Notes: generated from the sequence alone by a model not told the origin. DNA of 64,000 nt from an uncultured Nitrososphaerota archaeon (GCA_963718895.1 CAVRAG010000007.1:416001-480000); one strand, 5' to 3'. Shown: positions 38,608-48,480, numbered from the stretch's first letter. Translations and numbers: made by a program.

Positions 38608-39705
38608 CTACGGCTGTGCGCTGATAGAGCCACCGGTCGGGGCCGAGACGGCCAAGATGTTGGAGTACTTCTGTTCGAACCCGTTCAGCCGCCAGTAGGC
38701 CATAGAGACGACCCAAGACACGACGAAGAGACCTACGATGCCGAAGCCGATGGTCTCAAAGTCCAGGCCCTGTACCCAGATCCAGAAACCGCCCGAAAGC
38801 CTGAGTTCTGTCGAGAGGACCTGGAGCACCTCTATCGAACCGACGACCCACGCCACCATCACCGAGATTATCGTCACCGTGAGGTTGTAGTAGACCTTCC
38901 TCAGCGGATGGAGGAAGGCCCACCCGTAGGCGACCCTCATCAGGACCCCGTCGGTCGTGTCGACGAGGACCATCCCGCAGGTGAACATCAGGGGCAGGAC
39001 CAGGATGTAGTAGAGTGGTATGCTCGTGGACACCCCGACCCCCACGCTGATCGCGATCAGCGCGACCTCGGTCGCCGTGTCGAAGCCCAGGCCGAACAGG
39101 ACCCCAATCGGGTAGATCTGCCACGGCTTCTTGACGATCTTGAACAAGGGATGGAAGTACCGGTTCAGGAAGCCGCGGTTCTCCATCAGTCTGTCGAGCT
39201 CGGCCTGGTCCGTCTTCCCTTCCTTCATTGCCCTGAAGATCCTGTAGACCCCTAGGACGATCAGGACGTTCACGAGGCCGATAATCCACAGGAACCCTCC
39301 GGAGATCAGGGTGCCGAAGACGTTGCCAGCAGCCTGCAATTCAGGTATGCTCGCGCTGACGGCTCGAGTGGCCACCACGAGCGCCACGATAAGCCCCACT
39401 ACGATCGTGGAGTGACCCAGAGAGAACCAGGTCCCGACGGTCAGGGGACGCTTGTTCTCCTGAATGAGCTTCCGGGTCGTGTTGTCTATTGCCGCTATGT
39501 GATCCGCGTCGACCCCGTGGCGGAGGCCGAAGACGTATGAGACGAGGCCCAGCCCAGCGAGGACGATCGCCATGCGCCCAATGGCGAATGACGCAAGGAA
39601 ACCAAACACCGTGACAGCTATTATGAGTCCATAGAGCAGGACCACCCTGACCTTCTCGGTGCCGGTGAGACCCATGACCGACTCAGCCTCTCGTGCCACT
39701 CCCAT
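38608..39705 (-). CDS. High-affinity nickel/cobalt transporter (NiCoT, HoxN/NixA family)
   Basis: GLRHGVDADHIAAID, FSLGHSTIV, LFGLGFDTATE signatures. Confidence 0.95.
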   Translation of the reverse strand: MGVAREAESVMGLTGTEKVRVVLLYGLIIAVTVFGFLASFAIGRMAIVLAGLGLVSYVFGLRHGVDADHIAAIDNTTRKLIQENKRPLTVGTWFSLGHSTIVVGLIVALVVATRAVSASIPELQAAGNVFGTLISGGFLWIIGLVNVLIVLGVYRIFRAMKEGKTDQAELDRLMENRGFLNRYFHPLFKIVKKPWQIYPIGVLFGLGFDTATEVALIAISVGVGVSTSIPLYYILVLPLMFTCGMVLVDTTDGVLMRVAYGWAFLHPLRKVYYNLTVTIISVMVAWVVGSIEVLQVLSTELRLSGGFWIWVQGLDFETIGFGIVGLFVVSWVVSMAYWRLNGFEQKYSNILAVSAPTGGSISAQP

Positions 39706-39776
39706 CGCCCCTTTAACCTCTCAGTTTGCAAAAACAGTGGTGACGGAGGAGCATCACGCTCCTCCGTCCGTCGTTC

Positions 39777-41234
39777 TCAGTTCTGCAGTGCCTCCGCCGT
39801 GTTCGCCAGGTAGCCCTGGTACGGGTGAGGCAGGTACGGGAAGTTGCTCAGGTAGGGCACGGGGTTGGTGGTTCCGTCGTTGAGCAGCGACGCGGCTGCG
39901 TCGGCGGTGAACTTGCTGTTCACGAGCGGGATGGTCGCCCCTGCGATCGCCTGGAGCTCGATTGCCGTCACGTTGTCGAAGACCCTCCGCCCGTTCGGGA
40001 AGCCGGAGGCGTCTCCTCCCAGGAGCCCCAGCCTGTTCGAGGCGTTCGCGGCAGGGTTCGTCGTGGTTATCGCTGGCGGGATGGCCAGGTTCAGTCGCAG
40101 CTCGTCCGCCTGGACGGTGCCCGTGTAGTTCTGGAAGCCTGCGATGATCCCGGTCGGGATGCCCGTGAGCAGGATCGCGACGAGGTCGGGCCGCGTGCTG
40201 TTCGAGGTGGAGTAGGCCGCGAGGTTCGGGAAGACGCCCGGGTAGAGGACCGGCAGCAGTCCCTGGAGCTGAGGGCTGTTGTACGATGCCAGGAACTGAG
40301 AGTCGGCCGCCGGCGCCTGCTGGTTCCAGTAGTCCTTCTGGAGGAGGGGGATCATGACCTCGTTGATCAAGGGGTTCCCGAGGCGGGAGACCTGCAACCA
40401 TGGACCCGCGAGCTCTGCGATGGGTGCGTTGTACTGGTCGGTCTCGAGCACCCTGACCCTCTGGCGGCTCGCGGAGCTCCAGACGCCTATGGTCGCGTTG
40501 GGATCGCTCACGCCTGTCGGGAGCTTCCCCGTGCTCGTCAGTTCGGTGATCGGGACCTGGATCGCTATCGAGTGGACGTTGAAGCTGCTCGTCCCGTCGA
40601 CGCCAGTGGTGGTCGGCGGTGTGGGTATCAGGTGGTCGCTTGCGAAGGGCCTCAGTGTGCCGAGGTCGAAGATTGACCCGAGGTCGACGTAGAACCCGTC
40701 TGCCCTGGGTCCCGCGAAGACGGTCTGGCCCGTCGCCAGCGTGTAGACTGTGTTGGGGAATATTGCGGTGTCGTAGTTGGCGGTCGACCTCGGTCCGATG
40801 TCGGGAGGTGGGACCAGCAGCCCGGTCGCTAGGGTGACGTTGTCCGACGAGAACTGGTCCCTTCTTGACCCGTTGACCTTTGTGACGCTGTACGTCTGCC
40901 AGACGTTCAGGTTGGTGAAGCTCTTGGTGCTCGAGTTGTACGATATCGGTCCGACGTTGTAGAGGAAGGTGGCGCTGTTGGCGACGTGCGTCTGGAACCG
41001 GAACTGGTACGTGATCTCCTCCGCCCCGTCCCCGTCGTTGTCTATCATTATCTCGTAGAGCACGTTCGGGTCGAACCGATAGAAGTTCGGCCCCGCGGCC
41101 GCGCCCTGAAGCGGGATGAAGTTCGAGATCAGGGTCACCGTTGAGGGCTTGTCGGGGCTTACGAAGGCATAGACGTCAGTGTTGTCCGCGGCCGGGTCCG
41201 AGGATATTCCAGGAGCTTCTCTGTGGGAGGTCAT
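39777..41234 (-). CDS. DUF4331 family protein without its own signal peptide
   Basis: SHREAP, ADNTDVYAF, VFAGPRAD.FYVDL, QVSRLGNPLINEV, GFPNGRR, FPYL. Confidence 0.88.
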   Translation of the reverse strand: MTSHREAPGISSDPAADNTDVYAFVSPDKPSTVTLISNFIPLQGAAAGPNFYRFDPNVLYEIMIDNDGDGAEEITYQFRFQTHVANSATFLYNVGPISYNSSTKSFTNLNVWQTYSVTKVNGSRRDQFSSDNVTLATGLLVPPPDIGPRSTANYDTAIFPNTVYTLATGQTVFAGPRADGFYVDLGSIFDLGTLRPFASDHLIPTPPTTTGVDGTSSFNVHSIAIQVPITELTSTGKLPTGVSDPNATIGVWSSASRQRVRVLETDQYNAPIAELAGPWLQVSRLGNPLINEVMIPLLQKDYWNQQAPAADSQFLASYNSPQLQGLLPVLYPGVFPNLAAYSTSNSTRPDLVAILLTGIPTGIIAGFQNYTGTVQADELRLNLAIPPAITTTNPAANASNRLGLLGGDASGFPNGRRVFDNVTAIELQAIAGATIPLVNSKFTADAAASLLNDGTTNPVPYLSNFPYLPHPYQGYLANTAEALQN

Positions 41235-41235
41235 C

Positions 41236-41553
41236 CTAGTCGAACCTCGCGTGGATCGCGCTCCTCAGCTTCGAGGCGAGCGCGGCGTCCTGTATCTTGA
41301 TCCCCTGAAGACCGCTGTAGCTGCTTACGATGTCCCCTTTGATGACGAGGACGGTCGTCCCTGTGGGGTCCTGCGAGGCCGTGCCGGTGCCCGCTGCGCT
41401 CGCGGGCAGGCTCGCTGGCTTTGCCGGGGCGTTCTGGACCGGGCTTGCCTGAACCCCCCCGGAGAGGTTCCCAAGGTATGGGGCCGCGGCCAGGGCCGCA
41501 GTTGCCGCCATCGCTCCCTTGATGGCATCTCTTCTTGAAAGATAGATTGACAT
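41236..41553 (-). CDS. Small protein with twin-arginine (Tat) signal
   Basis: LSRRDAIKG followed by an Ala-rich hydrophobic stretch; stop 1 nt before the DUF4331 start. Confidence 0.75.
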   Translation of the reverse strand: MSIYLSRRDAIKGAMAATAALAAAPYLGNLSGGVQASPVQNAPAKPASLPASAAGTGTASQDPTGTTVLVIKGDIVSSYSGLQGIKIQDAALASKLRSAIHARFD

Positions 41554-41743
41554 GAACCTAAATTCTGGGGTTACCGTCTTTATACTTAGGCCGAGATTAC
41601 ACCCAATTCTCGCCCGAATCCTGTCTGTGATGAGATTCCTGCAATAATTGTGCAGAACTCTGGTCTGAAGCGCATAACCTACACCAAAAAGGGTACGGCC
41701 GGCGCGCCGAACGTTTATTGAGCGTCCGTGGAAGCGTGGGCCT

Positions 41744-42214
41744 ATGGAGAATGGGGCGAATGTGTTAATCGACCGCGCCGCGGTCGCAGACACGGTCACG
41801 AGGCTCTTCGTCAACACAGATGAGAGAAACTGGAAGGGTGTGGCGGACTGCTTTGCCTCCAAAGTTCTCTTCGACATGTCCTCACTCTCGGGAAGCAAGC
41901 CTTCGAGAGTTGGCCCCAAGAAGATCGTCGATCAGTGGGAGTCCGGGCTAAGAGGGCTGACGGCGGTCCACCACCAGATAGGGAACATGCTGGTCAGCGT
42001 GGAAAGTGGTGAGGCGATGGCGTTCTGCTATGCGACCGCGACCCATTACTTCCCCAACCCGACCGGGAACGAGACACGGACCTTCGTGGGGACCTACGAC
42101 ATCCACCTAATGAGGTCCGAGGACGGCTGGAGGATAGACGCGTTCAGGTTCAATCTGAAGTTCAGTGAGGGCAACGCGCTCCTCTCCGACTTGGCAAGGA
42201 AGGCATCCCGGTAG
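41744..42214 (+). CDS. SnoaL-like / NTF2-family protein
   Basis: D.R.W...ADCF, HHQIGN, GTY..HL.R..DGWRI. Confidence 0.85.
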   Translation: MENGANVLIDRAAVADTVTRLFVNTDERNWKGVADCFASKVLFDMSSLSGSKPSRVGPKKIVDQWESGLRGLTAVHHQIGNMLVSVESGEAMAFCYATATHYFPNPTGNETRTFVGTYDIHLMRSEDGWRIDAFRFNLKFSEGNALLSDLARKASR

Positions 42215-42225
42215 GAGCGGAGCCA

Positions 42226-42753
42226 TCACGCGGGGCCCGGATGCTCTACGGCGGCGGGCTCCAAAGTCTCCTTGACCAGGATCACCTCTCCCGGGACGAC
42301 CCACATGCTCCTGTACATCGACAGCGCCTTGAACGCGCCGTACCTCTTCGAGACCTGGCCGAAGTCGGTCCTCCTGAAACCCTGGCCTTTGAAGAGGGCG
42401 TTCGACTCCACGTTGTGCTCCCCCACAGACGCATACACCTCGACTGCCCGAGCTCGGGCGAAGAACTCGATCGAGTCCTTCACGAGTCGGCCCCCGATCC
42501 CTCTCCCGCGGAAGGAGGGAACGACGGCGATGTAGTAGACGTAGCCCGCCTCTTCTCCTAGTAGTTTTAGCATCGCAAGACCGATCGTCTCGTCGCCGAG
42601 CCGGGCGACCCTGACCGATTCCACCTCCTCCAGAATCCGCTTCGCATGCCTAAGGTAGATACCCGTGAAGCTCTTCTCCAGCACCTGGACGAGCGAGTCT
42701 CTCTCCTCGGGCGCCGCGTCCCCGATCGCCACGTCGGCCGCCTCGGAAGTCAA
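42226..42753 (-). CDS. GNAT N-acetyltransferase
   Basis: IAVVPSFRGRGIG, N..SNALFKGQGF. Confidence 0.9.
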   Translation of the reverse strand: MTSEAADVAIGDAAPEERDSLVQVLEKSFTGIYLRHAKRILEEVESVRVARLGDETIGLAMLKLLGEEAGYVYYIAVVPSFRGRGIGGRLVKDSIEFFARARAVEVYASVGEHNVESNALFKGQGFRRTDFGQVSKRYGAFKALSMYRSMWVVPGEVILVKETLEPAAVEHPGPA

Positions 42754-43619
42754 AGTCGGAACACCCTGGTCGCGTTCTTCCAGAGGATCCTCTCAACATC
42801 TCCGGCATCGATCCGGAGTTTCGCAACCAGCTCGAGCGCCAGCGAAGGAGTCGATACAGGATAATCCGTCCCGAAGATGACCTTCTCGGCCCCTCCTGCG
42901 TAGTAGATGGCCCGCGTGACCTGCTCGGCCACAGAGTCGAGATAACCCGGCAGGTACTTGCTGCCTCCCACGATTAGGCCGGAGATATCCGCGCAGACGT
43001 TCGGATGCTTGTAGATCAGCTCGCCGACGTCCGAGATCCATGGGTTGCCGAAATGGCACGCGACCACGATCAACCCGGATCGTCCGTTCGCAAGACGGTC
43101 AAGCGTCAAGGGGCGGGAGTGCTCTAGGCTGCCGGTCGCGCTCGCCGTGTCACCGGTGTGGAACATCACGGGCAGGCTCTCCGACTCCGCGTAATCGTAG
43201 AGGCCGTCATAGACGGGGTCGTCAGCGTAGACCTCCAGGTATCCGAGCCGGATCTTGAACCCCTTCACTTCGGCGCGGTTCCGCTTGGCGAGGTCCACCG
43301 CGCTGGCCACGTCGGAGGAAGTAGGCTCGACGGTGAGGATGGGAGAGAGCAGGCCGTCGCTCCTCCTGCAGAGGTCCAGGACCCTCTCGTTGGGGAGCGG
43401 CGCCCCGCCCTCGATTGGGGGGCTCAGCAATAGTCCCCGTGTGATGCCGTGCTCGCGCATGAGAGAGAGCGCCTCGTCGAGGTTGTACTTCAGGCCGTTC
43501 AGCGAGGCGTACGGGATGAGCTCGTCGCGCGGATGCTCGGAGAGGTGCAGGTGAGCGTCGATAATCCGGGACAATCTAGACGGCTGCCGCTGGTTTTGGG
43601 ATAAACCTTTGCCTGTCAA
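42750..43619 (-). CDS. Amidohydrolase (Amidohydro_2 family)
   Basis: IIDAHLH, PVMFHTG, CHFGNP, ADIS, IFGTDYP; true start probably slightly downstream. Confidence 0.9.
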   Translation of the reverse strand: MTGKGLSQNQRQPSRLSRIIDAHLHLSEHPRDELIPYASLNGLKYNLDEALSLMREHGITRGLLLSPPIEGGAPLPNERVLDLCRRSDGLLSPILTVEPTSSDVASAVDLAKRNRAEVKGFKIRLGYLEVYADDPVYDGLYDYAESESLPVMFHTGDTASATGSLEHSRPLTLDRLANGRSGLIVVACHFGNPWISDVGELIYKHPNVCADISGLIVGGSKYLPGYLDSVAEQVTRAIYYAGGAEKVIFGTDYPVSTPSLALELVAKLRIDAGDVERILWKNATRVFRL

Positions 43620-44719
43620 CCCTGGACGGGGGTCGGACCCGCCCGAGTAGAGACGTGGTACCTGTTCCAGAGCATCCTGAAGAAGAGGGCCATCACTAGG
43701 TCGCCCAGCAGCGCGACTGGGACGGTTATCGTTGCGATGAGTCCGATCGCCGCTATTGGCATGATCAGGCCGAAGGAGAGGGCAATGACCTGGGGTTGGT
43801 TATCGGACGATCCGGCTACCCTGAGGACGTAGACCAGGAAGAGCCCCTGGGCGAAGATCACCAGAAGGAGGACGACGAGGGCGGGCGCGCCTACCCCCAT
43901 CCCGAATGAATCGACGAGGAGGGCGACCGGATAGAAGAGAATCCCGAGGACGGCCATCCTCCTGGGGGAGACCTTCGGCGCGCGGGTCGCCGCCAGCGGC
44001 ATATTCGGTGCTCTCCGGGCAAGCCAGACTAGGAAGGCGATGGCGACGAGGCTCATGAGGAATATGGGGTCGTCCATCCAGAAGTGCTCGCCGAAGAAGA
44101 CGACCAGGGAGAGGGACGTGACGTCTGCGACGAGAATCGCGAAGACCAGCGTGATCCTCCTCCGGGAGAGCAGGCTCCTACCTCGGGTGGAAGGGAGAGC
44201 CAGGCCGAGGAGGAGAATCGGGATTGAGATGCTGAATATCATGTGCACGGGTATGATGGTGGCCGACCAAATCCAGCTGACGCCCTCCCAGTGGCCGAAG
44301 TATCCGAGCTGCCCGACAGGGCCCGCCTTCGAATAGAAGAGGGTGCTGAGCGCGACCCCCTCCTCGAGAATCCCATAGGCCGCCCCTAGGAGGAGCACCG
44401 AGGCCCATCCCTTGTTCCACCTTATCATGGCCTCGCGGATGAGGAGGACGCCCGGGCCGTAGAGTCCCAGGTTCGCCGCGAGCTGGAAGATGAACTGGGG
44501 AGGGTTCAGTGCTATCGCATAGAGAGGGCTGGAACTCGAGAGATACTCCGGGATTCCTGGTGTAAGAAGGAGCAGGCAGAGAATCGGATGACGCTTCAGG
44601 AAGGAGAGGGCCCTTCCCAGAAGCCCTGCGCGGGCGAGCGGTACCACGTCATCGGAAGAGGTGGATGGATGAGAGCTCGGATCACCGTCGCGCGATTCCG
44701 GGGCGAGGGCTGCACCCAT
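43616..44719 (-). CDS. Polytopic membrane protein
   Basis: Many TM segments, IPEYLS, YG.G.LLIRE, AYGILEEG, H..FSI.IPI. Confidence 0.7.
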   Translation of the reverse strand: MGAALAPESRDGDPSSHPSTSSDDVVPLARAGLLGRALSFLKRHPILCLLLLTPGIPEYLSSSSPLYAIALNPPQFIFQLAANLGLYGPGVLLIREAMIRWNKGWASVLLLGAAYGILEEGVALSTLFYSKAGPVGQLGYFGHWEGVSWIWSATIIPVHMIFSISIPILLLGLALPSTRGRSLLSRRRITLVFAILVADVTSLSLVVFFGEHFWMDDPIFLMSLVAIAFLVWLARRAPNMPLAATRAPKVSPRRMAVLGILFYPVALLVDSFGMGVGAPALVVLLLVIFAQGLFLVYVLRVAGSSDNQPQVIALSFGLIMPIAAIGLIATITVPVALLGDLVMALFFRMLWNRYHVSTRAGPTPVQG

Positions 44720-44903
44720 GAAGAAACGGTCGGCCGCAGGTAGATGAGCATTTTCCCGGTCAGCACGGAACGAACACCTCGGGAGCGACCACGGGATATA
44801 CCTGTCTGAGTGAGACATTGATCGCGGTTCAACCCCGCGAACCACTTCCCGAGTCGGAACGCCCGACTTAATAATCCGCGACGAAAGCGGACTCGGAAGA
44901 ATC

Positions 44904-46055
44904 ATGCCAGGGCAGATCTCGGATGAATTCCCGCTGACCAGGAAACTCTCCTACCTCAACACGGCGGGAGCCGGACTGATACCGAAGTCGACGATCGAAT
45001 CCGCCCACGCCCTGTACCATCGCTACCTGACGGACATCCCGTTTCCCGACATGTTCGACGAATTTGGAGAATCCGTCGAGAGGGCGAGAGGCGTCTTTGC
45101 GGGGTGGATCGGGGCGACCGGGGAGGAGGTCTCGTTCCAGACCAACGCCTCGACGGCCCTCAACCTGGTCGTCTCTATGGTCGCTCCGAAAAAGGGGGAG
45201 AACGTCGTGGTCGACGACCTCGGGTTCCCGAGCGGGACTTTCCCATTGATGGCACTTCAGAAGAAGGGGGTGGAGGTCCGGTGGGTCAGGAACCGGAACG
45301 GCTTCATCGGGGCCGAGGATTACCTGAGAGTCACAGACCACAAGTCAAAGCTGGTCGTAGTGAGCCTCGTGTCCTGGGTCAACGGCCTCAGGGCCGAGGT
45401 CGAGGAGATAACGAAGATCGCTCACGAAAGGGGCGTGTACTCCATGGTCGACAGTACCCACGGCACGGGGTACCTGGGGATTGATGCCGATGAGTGGAAG
45501 CTGGATTTTCTCGCCACGAGCAACTACAAATGGCTCCTCTCCACTCACGGCGCTTCGGAGTTCTTCTGCGCAAGGAGGTTGCTTGAGGAGTTCGACCCGC
45601 CCATGCTCGGATGGCACTCGACCCCTGGAGGCGCGCGGGGGCTCAGCGCAGAGAATCTCGAGGTTGCGAAGACGGCGAAGAGGTTCGAGCCCGGGAACCC
45701 GGACTACATCAGCATCCTCACACTCATCAAGTCCCTCGGGTTCATGTCTCGCTTCGGGAGGCGACGGATCACTGCGCAGACGCTCAAGCTCTCGAGGAGG
45801 GTGAATGAGGGTCTGAGGAACCTGGGATTGAGGGTGCCGACCCCCGCAGACGACCGTCATCTCTCAGGTATCAGCTTCGCCTACGCCAAGAAGATGACAG
45901 GAGTGGAACTCGCCCTAAGGCTCAGGAAGGCGGGAATCATCGTCGCTCCTAGAGAGTACCAATCACACTCAGGAATCAGGGTCTCACCATACTTCTACAA
46001 CGATGAAGACGACGTAGATGCACTCCTCGATGCCACAAGGAAGATAGTCAGATGA
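44904..46055 (+). CDS. Class V PLP-dependent enzyme (cysteine desulfurase-like fold)
   Basis: YLNTAG, VDSTH, YKWLL (PLP lysine), RFEPG, IRVSPYFYN. Confidence 0.88.
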   Translation: MPGQISDEFPLTRKLSYLNTAGAGLIPKSTIESAHALYHRYLTDIPFPDMFDEFGESVERARGVFAGWIGATGEEVSFQTNASTALNLVVSMVAPKKGENVVVDDLGFPSGTFPLMALQKKGVEVRWVRNRNGFIGAEDYLRVTDHKSKLVVVSLVSWVNGLRAEVEEITKIAHERGVYSMVDSTHGTGYLGIDADEWKLDFLATSNYKWLLSTHGASEFFCARRLLEEFDPPMLGWHSTPGGARGLSAENLEVAKTAKRFEPGNPDYISILTLIKSLGFMSRFGRRRITAQTLKLSRRVNEGLRNLGLRVPTPADDRHLSGISFAYAKKMTGVELALRLRKAGIIVAPREYQSHSGIRVSPYFYNDEDDVDALLDATRKIVR

Positions 46056-46159
46056 CAGCCCGAAGCCGCCTGTAAATCTAGCTGAACGGCCGCGCAGGCG
46101 AAGGCCCGGTGCCCTAGGGCGCCACAATCAACCTTAAATCTCCTGGGCAACACCAAAGG

Positions 46160-47359
46160 GTGCGATTGGCGGACCAGCAGCTCCAGACGGAAGACTGGAT
46201 TCTCTTCTCGAGCACCGTCCTGGGCACCCTGGGGATGGTGGCGACCAGCAACCCGATGTACTACTTCTATGGGCTGACGGTCGGCGCGTCGAGCAAGGCC
46301 CTCCTCTCGCTCGGTCCAAACTGGAGGAGTTGGGAGGACTGGCTCCTCTTCGCCGGAGCGTTCTCAGGTTCCATTGGGTCCTCCCTGAGCGGGAACAACG
46401 AGTACATGCTGTACGGGCTCATCCTGGGGGCCATAGGCAAGTCGCTGCCGTCGCTCGCACAGTACCACAACAGCCTCGAGGACTGGCTGCTGTTCCTGAT
46501 ACCTCTGCTGACCGGCATCGGATCTGCGCTGACCTCTCAGCAGGGCCTCGCGATGGTAGGTCTCTTCTTCGGGATGATCGGCAAGTCGCTGGCCAGCTTC
46601 AACCCGGCCGCCGACGGCGGGCCGCAGCCGCCCCCTGTCCCTTCAGCCGGTCCGACTCCCCAGCCTTCGGGCTTCGCCGGGAACCGTAACTATATCTTCT
46701 GGAACCAGTGCGTGCCGCTGGTCAACCCCTCGGTCACGTTCACGGCAGCGACCGACATGAGGGCGAGCGGAAACTGGGACCTGCAGGTGAACGCCTACGC
46801 TCCGTCCGGGGCCGACGCATACATGCAGTTCGTCATCGCCGTCACCTCATCCGGGGAGGTTCAGTGGTCCATCGAGAACTGGCCGCTATCAGGCAACAAC
46901 CTGTTCAATACTTGCGACCAGCCTCTGTACAAGCTGCCCTCCGGTTTTCTGCCCAAGGGGTACTCGATCGGGGTGAAGATGAGCACAGACCCGAACACTG
47001 GCAACGTCACCTCTCTGGAATTCAGCGTCAGCGACGGGACCGGCGCCCAGGTCGCGCGCGTCACGGTCCCGCTCAACTCGAAGCTCCCCCTCTGCAGCGG
47101 CAGCTGGAACGACTCCTATCTCTCACAGGTGATAGGCTTCGAGCCCAACATAGTCGGCTACAACGGCGGGGTGGCGGTGGCCTTCTCCTCCGGGAGTCTC
47201 GGTAGCCTGGCTTGCGCAGCTGACTCGATCGCCCCCAGTTCCTCGATTCCAGCGTGCGCCGAGACGAATGCTGGTACAGTGGAGGACTCGAACCTCCAGT
47301 ATTCGGTCGCCGTTCAGGTCTCTCGCTCTCTGGTCACAGTGAGCAGTTTCGTCCCGTGA
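46160..47359 (+). CDS. Membrane protein with three EDWxLF repeats, Pro linker and extracellular beta domain
   Basis: Three repeats EDW.LF...G...G...K.L.S; PQPPPVP linker; Cys-containing C-terminal domain. Confidence 0.7.
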   Translation: MRLADQQLQTEDWILFSSTVLGTLGMVATSNPMYYFYGLTVGASSKALLSLGPNWRSWEDWLLFAGAFSGSIGSSLSGNNEYMLYGLILGAIGKSLPSLAQYHNSLEDWLLFLIPLLTGIGSALTSQQGLAMVGLFFGMIGKSLASFNPAADGGPQPPPVPSAGPTPQPSGFAGNRNYIFWNQCVPLVNPSVTFTAATDMRASGNWDLQVNAYAPSGADAYMQFVIAVTSSGEVQWSIENWPLSGNNLFNTCDQPLYKLPSGFLPKGYSIGVKMSTDPNTGNVTSLEFSVSDGTGAQVARVTVPLNSKLPLCSGSWNDSYLSQVIGFEPNIVGYNGGVAVAFSSGSLGSLACAADSIAPSSSIPACAETNAGTVEDSNLQYSVAVQVSRSLVTVSSFVP

Positions 47360-47382
47360 ATGGGGCACTCTGATAGTAGGAA

Positions 47383-47401
47383 GGCGCCGGGAGTGGGATT
47401 T
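47383..47401 (-). repeat. tRNA 3'-end fragment (att-like site, probably tRNA-Ser)
   Basis: Minus strand reads AAATCCCACTCCCGGCGCC (T-loop half, T-stem, acceptor 3' strand, discriminator G); no 5' half adjacent; gene content changes here. Confidence 0.72.
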
Positions 47402-47704
47402 TAGCGTCTAATTAGACGCCCGAACACAGGATTTCTTGACGTTTCCTGGCATCCTGCACATTCTTGCCCAAGGCGTATTCGGATGGAGTCCGTTCCACTC
47501 ATTCTGACTTGCAATCTAACAAAGAGTGATTAGTAAGTAGCTCCCGTAACGGACGGCGGCACCCGCTCCGAAGACCACAAGAGATATCGAACGAAACTGG
47601 TCTGGCAACCCCAAGGAGACAGTCTGGTTTATTTCGAAGCCTATGCCCCCGTGTTGGTAGTTTGGGTTGTAGATGACAGGGACGAAAAAAGGGTGAACCC
47701 TATC

Positions 47705-47930
47705 GCCAGGACCAATGCCGACTTTCGCTTCCACCTCGCGGCGCCGACGGTGAGGACGTTCGAACTGGTCTATTCAGGAGGGAGGACCGACATATTGCTT
47801 TCAGCGGAGACGGTGGAGGACATGAGGAAGTATGCAGGGCTGCTCAGCTTGGTGTACGGAGGAATGAAGTTCGAGAGTGCTGAACCTCATCCTGATTTCT
47901 TGAGAGAGTTGCCTTCCACTGTGGGCCTGA
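47705..47930 (+). pseudogene. Fragment of a probable element backbone gene
   Basis: Coding-like stretch RTFELVYSGGRTDILLSAET...YAGLLSLVYGG without a credible N-terminus. Confidence 0.4.
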
Positions 47931-47949
47931 CTTCCCGGCGTTTTTCGAG

Positions 47950-47975
47950 GTTCGGACAAAAGTATTAATCAGGAA
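47950..47975 (+). promoter_or_regulatory. Cargo promoter motif copy 1
   Basis: GTTCGGACAAAAGTATTAATCAGGAA, contains TATA-like TATTAAT, upstream of the 48007/48046 gene. Confidence 0.7.
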
Positions 47976-48045
47976 ATTGCCGCCGCGAGCTACGAATTGG
48001 TCTGACATGGTCCCCCAGCTCCAAGATCGTTGTTTGGCGGGATTC

Positions 48046-48480
48046 ATGGACCTAGCTGAGAAGGTAAGCGGGGGGCTGTTCGTGGCTGCTTGGGTCGTCT
48101 TTGCCTTCGATATCATCGGGTACTGGTATAATGGGATCACCTTTGTGCTGCTCTTTCTGCTGAGCGGTCTCATATTCGGTTTTGACTTCTTCACCAAGAG
48201 GACGAGGCCCCAGAGGAGAAGCAAGGCCATTGCCGCCTGCATAGTCATCGGGATCTTCCTGTTCTTCTTCGGCCCCGACCTGCAAACGGGAGTGCTCCCG
48301 AACGGTCAAGACAGCGGCTTGATCTGCAACGGCAATGACACCAACTGCTCCGGCATCACTCAGCTACAATCGGTCACGGAATACCTCTGGTGCTGGGGGC
48401 CGGAGTACAACATCGCGCTGCCTCCCACAGTCGAGTTCGTGGTGACGTTCGGATGCCTGCCCAACTTCCCTGTGACATGA
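48046..48480 (+). CDS. Membrane protein with Cys-rich extracellular tail (cargo)
   Basis: Three TM segments then C-x5-C...C...C; alternative start at 48007. Confidence 0.65.
   Translation: MDLAEKVSGGLFVAAWVVFAFDIIGYWYNGITFVLLFLLSGLIFGFDFFTKRTRPQRRSKAIAACIVIGIFLFFFGPDLQTGVLPNGQDSGLICNGNDTNCSGITQLQSVTEYLWCWGPEYNIALPPTVEFVVTFGCLPNFPVT

Noticed and set aside
44770-44870. tRNA-like arms (CGCGG TTCAACC CCGCG T-arm mimic plus neighbouring hairpins)
   Set aside because: No acceptor stem or D-arm, and the candidate anticodon loop lacks U33.
47383-47520. Complete tRNA with an intron in the T-loop
   Set aside because: No matching 5' acceptor (GCCGGGA) or 5' T-stem found nearby; treated as an att fragment.
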